The notes: generated by a model from the sequence alone, not told the origin. Positions 1-11,539 are shown, counted from the first letter of the stretch. The stretch is DNA of 64,000 bases from Macrostomum hystrix (GCA_950097015.1 CATNEN010000007.1:6696001-6760000), one strand, 5' to 3'. Translations and numbers: made by a program.

Positions 1-1198
1 GTATCTCGAATGACAAACCTGAAACCAAATACTGCCATCAAACAAGACAGAGTTAATTCAAAACATCCGATCTCCAATTCCCAATTCCCAATTCCAAAGC
101 TCCCTGGCGTTTATTCTCCGGAAGTTCTTACTAACTCTGAATTCGTTAGCTTCCTTTACTTACCAGGAGAGCTGGAGAAGGACACAAAGAGAAGAGCAAC
201 AGACCCATACTTTAGTCTTGATGTACATTATTATTATTATTATTATTGAGGTGCGCACCGCGATTGGGTGCTGATTTTTTTGTTTATTTTATGTTTGAGG
301 TTAAACAAATCGATTTTTTAAAGAGAAGGCGATAGGAAAACAGTAGCATGCGTAATTTTAGGTTAATAAAATATTTGAAAAAAAAACAATTTTTTTAAAG
401 AAACAAAGGCATTAAAACAAAAAATGAAATATTGAAATTTAAAGAGAAAATTAAAACTTACCGAAAGGAGAATGGCTATTGTGTTTTCGCATTCTAACTA
501 TGGGCCTCAGGGCAGTGGCTTTTTATCTAGCTTTAATTATGCTTTCTATGAAGTCCACAAAACTTTCTGTTAATTCTGTGCTTTCCTGTGTCATTAAATA
601 CACAATTTTGTCATCAGCTGTTAGGCTTTCGAAATTTCGAACAGTACCTGCTACTTTCTCTATGAATTTATTTCTAATTGGAACATAAACGGACCAATCG
701 CATCTAAAGAGAATATGAGTTTCGTTCTCTACATCGACTCTACATTTTGGGCATGTTCTGTTTTCATAGGCGATTTTCGGTCTTACAGTGCGCAATGTCT
801 CACAGGCCAGTTTGTGGTTTCCTAGACGAAATCGGGACATTGTGCGTCTTTGTTCTGGGTTAGAGATTATTGTTAGGTACTTTTCTCGGGAGAAATCTTT
901 CTTCAACGTGTAATAGAAGTGGCTGAGCTTGGCTGATTTTCCCATCCTCTGAGTCCAGTGCCTTCGAAACTCTGACTCAAAGTTCTCTCTGTGCGTTTTG
1001 ATGGACTTTGTTTTTCTAGTCTGTTGACAATTCCGCATTACTTCACTATTCATTTTTTCCCAATGAATAGACAGGCATTTCACATCAGTATCCGGTGATT
1101 ACTATTTTCTATCCCAAGACTTTAATTCAAAAGCCCCCACACGATCATTCACAAGGGCTGAGCTTCTAGTGATTCCACATGATACAGAAATAAATTAA
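1..1198 (+). pseudogene. C-terminal part of a Polinton/Maverick-type retroviral-like integrase, interrupted by a LINE (coding pieces ~1-228 and ~1082-1198)
   Basis: Piece 1 reads FLYLPGELEKDTKRRATDPYFSLDVH. Piece 2 (manual translation) reads SGDYYFLSQDFNSKAPTRSFTRAELLVIPHDTEIN*. Together they match the recalled Polinton integrase tail (YLYxPGELE..RRATDPxWSL...YYL...PxRxFxRxELLxVP). The downstream pX-like ORF supports this. Confidence 0.7.
226..1083 (-). mobile_element. 5'-truncated non-LTR retrotransposon (L2/CR1/Crack-like) 3' end: ORF2 C-terminus (523-1083), 3' UTR and (TAA)n tail
   Basis: ORF has REKYL..I....RRTMSRFRLGNHKL.CET...RTCPKC..VENETHILFRC, the CCHC tail typical of LINE ORF2. An (ATT)n run at ~226-248 is a (TAA)n tail on the minus strand. 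Confidence 0.8.
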
Positions 1199-1212
1199 TT
1201 TTTTTAAATAAA

Positions 1213-1659
1213 ATGATTGAAACCAAAATTGTGAATAAAATCAGCAGAATTATCGACTCTAAGAAGACAGGTGTTATATCAATTAAAGGTGTCAAAGTCA
1301 AAGTAGATCCAATCCAGCATCTAATGCATTGTAACAATCAAACGCACAATATCACTGATGAGAAGACAGGCGGGATTCTTCCTTTGCTAACTCTTATCCC
1401 CATCATCGCAGGTGCTCTTGGTGCTGCAGGAGGTGTAGCCGGCGGAGTTGCATCAGCTGTGAAGGCTGGCAATGACAGAGCACATCAACAAGAGATGGAG
1501 AAAATCGCTAGAGAAAAAGGATTCAGAATCGGAATGGGTAGTTGTGAATCAGTTAATGAATCAGTTGATGAATCAGTTGATGAATCAGTCAGCAAATCAG
1601 AAATCGTTAAAGCCATCATGACACTGCATAAAGCAGGATTTACAATACTCCGGATGTGA
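1213..1659 (+). CDS. Polinton/adintovirus putative virion core protein with adenovirus pX-like motif (148 aa)
   Basis: Intact ATG-TGA ORF. TGGILPLLTLIPIIAGALGAAGGVAGGVASAV resembles the recalled adenovirus pX C-terminus (GGILPLLIPLIAAAIGAVPGIASVA). It lies directly after the integrase remnant. Confidence 0.7.
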   Translation: MIETKIVNKISRIIDSKKTGVISIKGVKVKVDPIQHLMHCNNQTHNITDEKTGGILPLLTLIPIIAGALGAAGGVAGGVASAVKAGNDRAHQQEMEKIAREKGFRIGMGSCESVNESVDESVDESVSKSEIVKAIMTLHKAGFTILRM

Positions 1660-3060
1660 AAACAGAACAGAACAGAATCTGCTCTCATAACTATATTTAG
1701 CACTGTTGGCAGTAGTTTCTCATACTTTACATTTCACTTGAGGGTGACCACCCAAGTTTATTAATTTAAATTTAAATTTAAATTAAAAAACTTTTTTTCT
1801 GCATCTGTTTTCTGTATCAAATCATTTCTTATCTTCCAGCTTTTCTGTAAAACTATAATATTAAATCTGTGTTCTTACTTCCACTGTTGGGCGAGCTTGT
1901 TTAGTGTAGCTTTATATATTGAGAAAAGTCTGAATAATAAAAGTCAAAGCATGCATGCAGTTGTGCCCATAAAAAGTCTGAGACAAACACTATCGGTAAA
2001 CTTGATGGCGATTGGTGAGATAATAGTGTAGTGACCTTGTAGCCACCTTAATTCGCGAAACTCACATGAGGTACGAAAATATCCACTTATAGAAAATTCT
2101 TTCATTTAGCACAAATTAAACTTAGCCATTTTTCTAGAATATCCTTGAGTATCATTGAAAATCCTTGAGTACAATAATCGCATATTTAACCGTAAATTAT
2201 TGTATTATTAAGTCAAATCTACGTCGAATTAAAGTCGAAGTTCAGTTTTAATTCGACATCTATTCGAAACTTCTTCGACGTGCATTCGACAGTAAAAATC
2301 GAATATAATTCAAACTGAATAATCTGCATGTATTCAACCCTTTATCGACTGTAGAAACTCGCGCATACAAATGCATGTAGCTGCATCCTTAAGGTTCATG
2401 CCTTGGCTGAAGTTGTCATTTCAAATTATTAAATCATTCCTTAATTGAAGCAACTGGTACTGAAATGCTGTTTCATTTGAATTAGCAGAACATTTTTGGC
2501 ACTATTTAATTTAGCAATTATGTGCTTAGTCAAATTTAGTCGACTGGAGTAATGGAACTGAACTGAGAATTTGTTGAACCACCGACGACCATTCATCACG
2601 GAATGTTACATGATTATTAAATTTCAAAGCAAAAAAACAATTTATTGCTCGTATATTTTGGCACACTCACTCGCAGTCCGAAAAAGCTTAGTCATGAAAT
2701 AGGGATAATGGAACATAAATTGAGCTAATATTTTTTGCAAACCTGTAAAGAACAGGAACGTAAAAATATTTATGACAAATGCGCAAATTGTATACCGATA
2801 CCGATATTGTCATGAAGTCATCCCAAAGGGTTGCCCAATCCCAAAGAGAAAGACGGCCTAAAGCTATCTATATTTCCTGATGTCAATGCAGTTGAACACA
2901 GTTGGCATTGCAAGTAGGTGCATGGCCAGTGTGACTGATTAACCATCTTTTGTTATCAGTTTTTGTCAATTAGCCTACCACTATTAACGATAGATGTTAG
3001 TTTAAACTTAAACTAATTAACAGCTAAAAATTCTACGTTATGTTTAGTGAACAATGATTG

Positions 3061-3720
3061 TCACTTATGTGTCACACATGATTGGCGATTGTCAAGGACT
3101 GGCGGACACAAAAAGTCGCGAAGAAGCCGATTGTTGTCTTCGCTTTGCCTCAGAAGTTTTTTATGCAGTTCAGTTTGTATCCTTGCTTCAAGAATGAGCA
3201 TCTGTGCTCCAGATTGACTTGAAGACATTTGTGGTGCTGCATTTTTTTGCCACTGGAGCCAACGGTCCTGGCAGAGGTAGGGGTTGAAGGACATACCATT
3301 CGTGGCGTTGTTGGCATTGGCACTGGGCTCTTCTCACGGGCATCAAAACGCTGACAAGCAACCAATCCGACGGGTGCAGTGGCTTCAGTTGAAGAGCCTA
3401 ATTGGTTGATGTTCTTTAGCCGCTTACGCTTATTATCCTGACGAAACGGTCCGGCAGAGGAAGCGATTGATTGGCTTGACATTTGCAGTGCTGGTGATAG
3501 GCTGTCATCACGCAATTCTGTTTTCTCATCGAATTGAATAAATGGTCCGGATCTTCACGTTCGTCCACTGAGCAATTGCTGATGGCGTTTCACCGCGATC
3601 AAGCGCCTGTATGATCAAGGAGTACTGGTCTTTGCCGATTTTATCGTATGGTCCGCGTCCTTGAGGCAGTTCCTCTTCCTCACTGGCTGAGCTTGCGCCG
3701 CTTTCCGAATCGCTCATCAT
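3061..3720 (-). pseudogene. Frameshifted HTH-containing gene fragment (transposase-like N-terminal helix-turn-helix)
   Basis: RGPYDKIGKDQYSLIIQALDRGETPSAIAQWTNVKIRTIYSIR looks like a psq/Tc1-type HTH. It continues in shifted frames (3150-3515, 3061-3294). Confidence 0.35.
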
Positions 3721-5899
3721 TCGGACAGCTCAGACAGCTAAGTCTAGTTCGCACCACAGAATATGATTAGCACTGAGACAGATGGGCCTATGACTTGTGC
3801 GAAATTGAGTGCCCCCAGGATTAAATTGAATAGAACGAAACGGCAGTTTTGGCCATAGAACCCCAGAGTCTCTCTGACTTCGTGTGTCTCTTTCCCCTTT
3901 AGGACTAAATTGATTGCTCGTAGGACCAAATTGAATGGGAAATGCTATAGTTAGATCACGTATTCCTTCAACCTCAAGACCAAGTGATATAGCATTATCT
4001 TCCTTTGATACAGACGTTTCTGTATCACCAATAGCCTTCTCAACTAATCTTGGATTTTCATTGTCCACTTCTAGAATCGCTTGAACTTCTTTAGATGCAT
4101 CTTGACTTATGGCCTCATGTTGCATAGCTTGCTCTAAGTTGGTATTAGCATCCAGATCTTGCAGAAAATTCATAGATTCAAGCACAGCTGACTCTACTTC
4201 ATGATTCTCAGTACTTTCCATTGTCAATGTCAAAATGAAGTAGCTGAAATGGAAAGAAAATGCATTTTTAATTTTAATAACATTGGCATTAACAATTAAG
4301 TCATGTTCATTGCTTAGAAAGATAATATCTAGACTAAAGCATACTATCTATATCCTTTTAGAATTACCTTTATATAGTATACTAAAAGAATTAGACTTCA
4401 GGACAAAGATAACATAACAAATGGTCAAACATAGGATTGTCCAGACTTTGCCTAGTCAACTTTTTATATAAAATACTTAAAAATGGCTTAGGCTTCATCA
4501 TAGAATATATGCTTATGACTCGAGGGCAAATCCCAGAAAAGGCATTATGCATAAAGGCATATGGCTTTAGGCTATGTCAGAGATACTATATTAATGAAGA
4601 CTTAAGCAATTAACCAAGTTAACCAACTACTACCTAGAGACCTAGCATTGATCAATCTTAATGTAGTTAAGATATTTTTAAACTAATTGATATAGAAATT
4701 TAGGAAATCGTTTCTTAGCTAATAGCATAAAAAGTATATAAAAAATAAATTGCCTATACAAATTTTACAGTTCATAATATTTCTTTTTTAAGGCCCATCA
4801 ATGATTAGCATATAAGCAGAAATATATCCAAAATAAATAAAAACAATCTAGCTTATATTACAACAATTATGTAATACAAATTATATTTATATTATAACAC
4901 TCATTTATAGGCCCAGTGTTCAACTCTAAGATCCATTGCAATTATATAAATTGAATGAGATTAATAGCTTAGTAAGACAATTACTATAGGGAGATTTATA
5001 AATATTAGTATTTGTTAAAATATATAAAATATACCATTTTAAGCTTTTGATATGAAAGTGCATATAGCACTAAGATATTGACCATGACTATTTAACTAGC
5101 TAGACTAGTTCTAGAGTAACTAATAAATTATGATTATTTGTGACTTTCAATAATATATATGGCCATAGGCATAGATTTCTATATATTAAATTGTCATTAA
5201 AATGCAATAGATTAATAAATAAGTGAAATGTATAACAGTTAAAAATATTGCAAGTATGCTAACCAACTTATGGAACTAAATATTTATTTAACTTTAATTT
5301 AACAATAGAAAAACAATAAACTATGAACTTTTGAAAGAAAGGGCCCAACTCAATACTACAATAAAAATGATATAAATATTAGAGCATTCTATAAATATTA
5401 TCATAGAATAATAAGTTGAATTTGTACTAATACAAAAATTTTATACTTGTTTTTATCTTTATAGTAAAAAGCTTTTGCCAAGAAATACTCTTTAATTGAT
5501 ATAATAAAATGCTAAATAAATATATATAGGCCTACTCAAGAAAACTACAAGAGAAATTCTAGACTTTACAAAAGTCCAGATGCTTTTTTCTTATAGTTAT
5601 AGACCTTTGTAAGACCAAAATGGTAAATTGGCAATATTATAGAAAATACTTTAAAATTCATTTATCAAATAAAATAGAGTTTAAAAACTTTAAGTTATAT
5701 GCCTATAGTATAGGTTAGTAAAGTGTTTATAAAGGGATAAAAATGACTAATCTAGTATTGGATAGCACCAAATAGACAGTGTGGATACAGACTATGACAG
5801 AGAAAAAACTCCAAAATGTGAGCATCAAAGAGACCATTGCTTTGCAATTGTGTCATGCATTTGGTAGAAAGTGCACTGTTGCATGCTGAACTTGTATCC

Positions 5900-7401
5900 C
5901 AGCCCCAATGCTAATGGACTTTTATTTGTCAGCCATCGCACACTTAGTTACGCTCTGCTCCTTTTGTCTATGTTCCGCAGCAGTAGCTATTCCAGTGCCA
6001 GTCACTGCCAGCAAAAAGTTTATCTAGCATGGTCGTTCGCTATGCCGACAGCTGCAGTGTTGATCAATGTGCAGAAAGACACAGGGTCCCAAGCAGAAGG
6101 CTCGAAACGGTAAGCCCAGCTAACAGGCTGGAATCTTCTCGTCACCGCAGGTGGTGCAAAGCGCATGCTAGTGAGCATGGCTATTCTAGCTTTCTCAGCC
6201 ATCTCGGGAGTGTTTTCCGTGAGGATAGCAGCAAGGAAGCAGTTGCCTTTGTTGAGGGCTGCTAAGCATCATTCTAGCTGCGTTGCTTGAACGCTCCCAG
6301 TGTTTCATTGTGTATGCTTTTCGCTTTCTTGTCTTGCGCAAAATAGCATCGGCTTCAGCCTTCTTTTTCCCCTTCATCTTTTGGTATTCGTCGGGACTTA
6401 TTTGCTTTTGCTTCTTCTCGACGGTTGATCCCTTGAGAGTAGCCAGTAGCATGATTCGGTAGCCTGGGCCTAAGAGCCTAGCGCGCTTGATAGCTTCTCT
6501 TCGCGTCGCCCACTGTCCCTCACGGAACAGGACGTCAAACTTTCCTCCTCCAAGACCGAAGGTTTTCCTGGCTCTTTGACCTTTTGATCGATGTCCAGGC
6601 TCTAATGGGCGCCTGTAATCAAAGACTCCGTGGTTAGCGACGATCAGTGCACCGACCGCTTTCTGTATCTCTCCTAGAGCATTTATTGCTTCAGACAAGC
6701 TAGGAAATCCGCTTAGGTAGTTTAACACCAGCGTCAGAAAATCAGATAGAGTCAGAAAACTTGTCCGTTGGGTGCGCCTGACACTTGTCCGTTGGGTGCT
6801 GGTAATAACGAGTTCCAATCTCAGCTGTGTGGCTGAGTAGTGGGTTATTGCTTACTGTCACCGATGACTTGTCGATGACAGTTGGTCTCTTATACTTTAA
6901 CTCCTCAAGGCTAGAGAAAGTTGTGTAGTTGGCACCATCAGCCCGTTTTCTCTGTGAATCTGCGGCTGCTACTCTTATTATTTTCGTAAGGTCGTCATTG
7001 TCCTCCTTAACGAAAGCGACTTTAAGCCTCTCTATCTGAGTTAGGAGGAAATTGGCAGTGTGGTAAGACTCTTCATGTGACATGTAGAGGTCTCGCATAG
7101 GGACAGACAAGAGGCGCCAAATCGCCCTTGTAGCAGAATGTAGCTTGTCAGCAGGAGTAGTGCCTGACACGCGTGCTATGCTATCGGCAACTGCTTCGAT
7201 GTTCTTTGAAGCAAAAGCGTTAGCCATTTTGGAAGCTCCGTCGTATAGAACACGGGCTACCTTACGTACTCTTCCAGTGTCAGTATCACTGTCCATTGAG
7301 CTAGGTCCAGCTCCGGGGCTGTTCCCGCTGCCGTTCGCATCGTCGTTCTTTCCCCTTGTTCTTTTCATGGGACGCTTGTCGGTTGTAGAAGGTTGAGACA
7401 T
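5900..7401 (-). pseudogene. Putative endogenous viral element: orthomyxovirus (influenza-like) nucleoprotein-like gene with at least 2 frameshifts
   Basis: Three consecutive intronless frames (6742-7401, 6195-6818, ~6020-6265). Collinear by-eye similarity to influenza NP: AIWR...L.MS.EE....NFLLTQIERLKVAF; RIMLLATLKGSTVEKK; EMAEKARIAML; YRFEPSAWDPVSF. Left boundary approximate. Confidence 0.45.
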
Positions 7402-7442
7402 TACTTTATTTGCAGAGAATTGAATAAACTATTTGTACTCTC

Positions 7443-7482
7443 TGCAATAAATTGAGTCTTCGCAGTAAGAGCGTCTTTACGG
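7443..7482 (-). other. Copy of a flatworm spliced-leader (SL) exon just upstream of the NP-like ATG
   Basis: Minus strand reads CCGTAAAGACGCTCTTACTGCGAAGACTCAATTTATTGCA. The Macrostomum lignano SL as recalled is CCGTAAAGACGGTCTCTTACTGCGAAGACTCAATTTATTGCATG. No GT donor follows, so this is not an SL RNA gene. Confidence 0.8.
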
Positions 7483-8700
7483 CCTGATGTGTTTGTAGCT
7501 TGCGCCTCAATGAAGAGGCACTTTGCCTGGGCCCATGTGCCCTCTACTCTATCTAGTGTTGGGGTGGACTATTGAGTCTGCTTGGTCAACCAAGTGCAAT
7601 CAATGGCTTGCTGCATCTACAAGCATCTAAAAGTTCAACTCATATGCAGCAGCTCCACAAGTCATGAAATCCACTTAAACTAAGTACTTTTTACCATAGA
7701 CACATTGCCAGTTGATGTCATTTGACTCTGGTATGAATTCAAATGTCAAAAAATGTACTGGATAGAAATGTAGGAATATGATTGCCTAGACAGTATATAA
7801 TATGCAGCTAGAATGACTACATACAATATTAAATGTTCAGGTCTGGGCCAGGGGTGGAAACTGCACACACTTGAAATGATCCACAGGGGCCAGGGCCAGG
7901 GCACACAGCCAGCAAATTTGCTGGGCCATGGTCTCATAATGTAGCAATTTCCATCACATTAAATCACACATGTCTTATGATTGCTGCTATTATATCATTC
8001 GCCTGCTCCTGAGTCCTGACACCACAGGCAATGAATTAAAATGCTTAGTTTTGCGAAGAATATATTAACTTTGTATGATCCGAGCTCTAAATATTTACAA
8101 GCTCAAAAAACATTTTTGAATAAAACTGAGGATTGAGGAACACGTAACAAATGGTATAACAAAAATGTAAAATTACACAATTTTTACACAGGCATTCGAA
8201 CTTTTTTCAAGTCGGTGAGTCGGATAAAATTAGCAAAGCGAATTTCATTTGCAACATGCACAAATTTTACTAATTAAATTAACGAAACTCACCACTATGA
8301 GTCAATGAACACTGTTGTCAATGATACGCCATTCCTTGGCCTATGCCCGATTGTCAATCCCACGTGAAGAAGTGGAAGTGAGGCAAGTAAGAACGAGCTA
8401 AATTAAGGCTTTGTAGAAAACAATTTATCGCTGTCACATTGTAGACTAGAGGTATTGGCTGACTGAAAACAAAATTAAATTTAGTATTCGTTTTATCTGT
8501 TAGAAATGCCACATAATGTGAATTTTTCTAAGTTCAAATCAGAGCTCCTTTTTTGATAAACTCATGCCTATATTACATTTGCACCAGAAAAATATATTGA
8601 CTAATATATGTACATTTGTGCATGTCAAAATGCTTACGACACTACGCACAGTAATATACGAGCGGAATTCCTCCTCCGTAGGAAGTTGAGGGGATAGAAC

Positions 8701-8777
8701 TCCCATCGCCTGATCTTCCATCGCCTCATCTCCCATCTCCCATCGCCTCATCTCGCATCGCCTGATCTCCCATCGCG
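8701..8777. repeat. Short tandem repeat of (CT)CCCATCGCCT(G/C)AT-like units
   Basis: About 5 degenerate copies of tcccatcgcctgatc are visible. Confidence 0.7.
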
Positions 8778-8949
8778 TGAATTACATGGAATTAAATTTA
8801 AATTTGAATTGCTGAATTTAATTAATATAAAAGGAAACGCGTTGAGTAAAGGTTGGTAGTTAGGAAAATGAGAGTTATATTTATATTTACAAATGTATTT
8901 ACAACTTATTATATATTAATTGAAATTACATTAAATATTTACAAACAAC

Positions 8950-9190
8950 CACACAACACAATCGAGGGCAATCTTTTGAAGTTGAAAGCAGTAGAAAGCC
9001 ATGGTAGAGCACCGCAATACATGTTAAGATTGACATCGGAAATAATAGAGGAAGACAGAAACGCTACAGCTGAACCGAAGGGCAACGCATTCACCGTCGA
9101 AGTGTAAACAAAGCAAAGACAACAATTGAATGACCAAAAAAGTGACTGACAGACATGACTGAGTTGGATTACAAAAAGAGAAAGTGCGAC
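8950..9190 (+). pseudogene. Degenerate inverted duplicate of the 9371-9808 ORF
   Basis: gaaagccatgg..gcac..caatacat..ttaagattgacatcggaaat..aagagaaagtgcga is collinear with the minus strand of ~9540-9795. Confidence 0.75.
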
Positions 9191-9370
9191 TTCCTGGGAA
9201 CCCTACTACAGAAGCAGGAGCTATAATTTTATCTTGTTATGAATTTTTTGCATCCTAGAAACTAATAATTCTGAATTAATTTTGGCATGTTGATGTGGTT
9301 TAACTAAATTGCTATTAAATAGTATGGTTACAGGTAGTCGCACAGAAAAGAATTAAAACAGAAAGTCAGT

Positions 9371-9808
9371 TCAGTTCGCCGCAGTAGAGTCCTCCTTGGG
9401 CGCTGCCGCAGACTCCTCAGCCAGGGTGTCGCTCTTGTCGGGCTCGTCCTGGCTGTGGGGTCGCTTGGCTGGTGGCTCCAAGTTGGTCTCGACTTTGGCG
9501 AACAGGACTTGCTCCTGCTCTTGCACCAGGGCTTCCAGTCGTTCGCACTCTCTCTTCTTGCGCTCCAGCTCAGCCTCGGTGTCTGCCAGTCGCTTCTTGT
9601 AGTAGTCCAGTTGCTGCCTTTGCTCAGCCACGACTTCGGCGAGTAATGCCTTGCTCTTCGATTCGTGTTGTAGAGTCTCATGGTCTGCCTGAATCATTTC
9701 CGATGTCAATCTTAAGAATGTATTGAAGTGCTGCTCCATGGCTTTCTTCTGCTTGTCGAACTTCTCCAGATTGCTGCCGGATGGTGTTGTGTGAACTTTC
9801 CTTTTCAC
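9371..9808 (-). CDS. Small coiled-coil protein of unknown function (first ATG at ~9739), possibly Helitron cargo
   Basis: GC-rich ORF in AT-rich flanks with heptad-like QQLDYYKKRLADTEAELERKKRECERLEALVQEQE and NLS-like PPAKRP. TATAAA on the minus strand at ~9957-9962. Confidence 0.5.
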   Translation of the reverse strand: MKRKVHTTPSGSNLEKFDKQKKAMEQHFNTFLRLTSEMIQADHETLQHESKSKALLAEVVAEQRQQLDYYKKRLADTEAELERKKRECERLEALVQEQEQVLFAKVETNLEPPAKRPHSQDEPDKSDTLAEESAAAPKEDSTAAN

Positions 9809-11539
9809 AGTGTAATTTGTTGTTGTTGTTGTATGGTGTTGTGTGATGAGCCATTAGTTAAGTTAGATATAAATTAGCTATAAATAAATCGGGTATAAAT
9901 AAACTGTATAAATTTTAGGGGGCAGATATTATTTCAGATGAATAGCTGCTGTCACATTTATAGGGCTAGATTTGCATAGAACTGGTTTAGAACTGGTTGG
10001 CGTAGCCAGCTAAAGGTTTAGCACCTTGAAAAAAAATTGACAAAAAGGGCCTCTGTCTAGATCAGGTGTAGATATTGTTCATTTAGACATTGCAGTCATT
10101 GTGTAGGATAGGCCTGCAGCTGTACACTGTGAGCGCATAGAGAAAATCTAAGAGTTTGGGGTTGATTGTTAGAGGGTTAAGCTTGTTTACGCTATTGAGT
10201 CAATAGGCTGTTGTCGGGGTGGGGGCCGATAGTTATTGAGGTGTAAAGGTGCAGAGTGTCGTTTTAAAGTTTAAAGTTTAAAGTTTAAAGTTCGTTGGCA
10301 AAAATTACTTGTCAAAAATAAAGTAGATTCGATGGCAATTGATCAGTCGTCGAACTCGTTCGATTTATTGCAGGGAGACACTAAGGAGAATTAAATTGAT
10401 TTATGAATTAAAGTTCTCATAGGGATGAGAACAGGAGATGAGGCCGGTGCAGGCCTTAAGTGATTTTGATTGAGGAGAAATTAAAGTACATTAGACTTGC
10501 AAGCAGTAAAGACACGATAAGTTACTTCAGTAGAAAATGAAAGCAGAGTGCTTGAAAGGGGAATTAGAGAATTTGAAAGTTAATCAATAAATTATCTCTT
10601 GTAGACTTTGTGATCAGTGCTTGGCAGTTAGTTGCTTTGATAATAACGAAATCTAATTTTCTTTGCAATAATTGGTTTTTCGTACTCCATATCGCTTTCC
10701 ATGTGGAGCCTTGCGATGTCCCCTAAAATCCCTGCACCTCAGTCACCCGCTCACACTTTGCAATCTCCCCTGAGAACTCTTATTCACCCCTCACCATTTC
10801 AAATATCTCCTAGGAAGAAATTCTTATTTGCTAAGTAAATTTTGTGTAAATGATTAAGGAAAGTCGGAAATGAAAAGTTATGAATTGAAATTTATTAGAA
10901 AAAGGCCTCAACACGTGTAAATTTCAATATTTCCTGCCCTTCTGTGCCTCATTTCACGAAGCGAATATGTTCAGTTCTATGGTTTAAAAGGCGCTTTGAC
11001 ATTGTCGTAAATGCAGCTATTAAAGTTTAGTAATTAATTTAGAGATTTAGAATGATGATAGAATGATGATATAAGCTGTAATAATAATTGATTGAAGGAA
11101 TTTTGTGAAGAGGCCTTTTGCATAATTGCTATTTCTATTTACATAGAAAAATTGTGAAGGATACATTATTTTAATTTAGTGACGCAGAAAAATTAAAAAG
11201 CATAATAAAATAGCAGTAGAACTATCGAGCTGGGATTTATATAGGAAGTGGAAATTATGAATGTATGAATTTACAAATTATGAATTTGTAGCAGCTAAAT
11301 TTCAGTAATAATTTTGCATCGCTTAGTTCTACTGATATAAAATTTTGGCATATATTTACAACTGGGGAATGTATTTGTACGCATGATAATAGAGGGCATC
11401 CTGAGAAAATGATTTGTAGAGAAAGGATAAAGTGAATTTCGACATGGCGTATGTAATTTTTGATGCCCTGAATTATCGAAGGGAATATTTGAGTGGGTTA
11501 AATACAAATAAATGAGTAATATACATTAAATGACAGATG

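Noticed and set aside
3730-4233. 167-aa acidic ORF as a gene or second viral segment
   Set aside because: No recognisable motif, non-ATG annotated start, and it borders decayed sequence.
7443-7482. A functional SL RNA gene
   Set aside because: The SL exon is not followed by a GT donor or a recognisable SL intron; it runs into a UTR and ORF.
7485-7700. TGATGTGTTTGTAG next to the SL resembling the Gypsy LTR start
   Set aside because: Similarity does not extend convincingly beyond ~14 bp, so LTR-mediated capture cannot be claimed.
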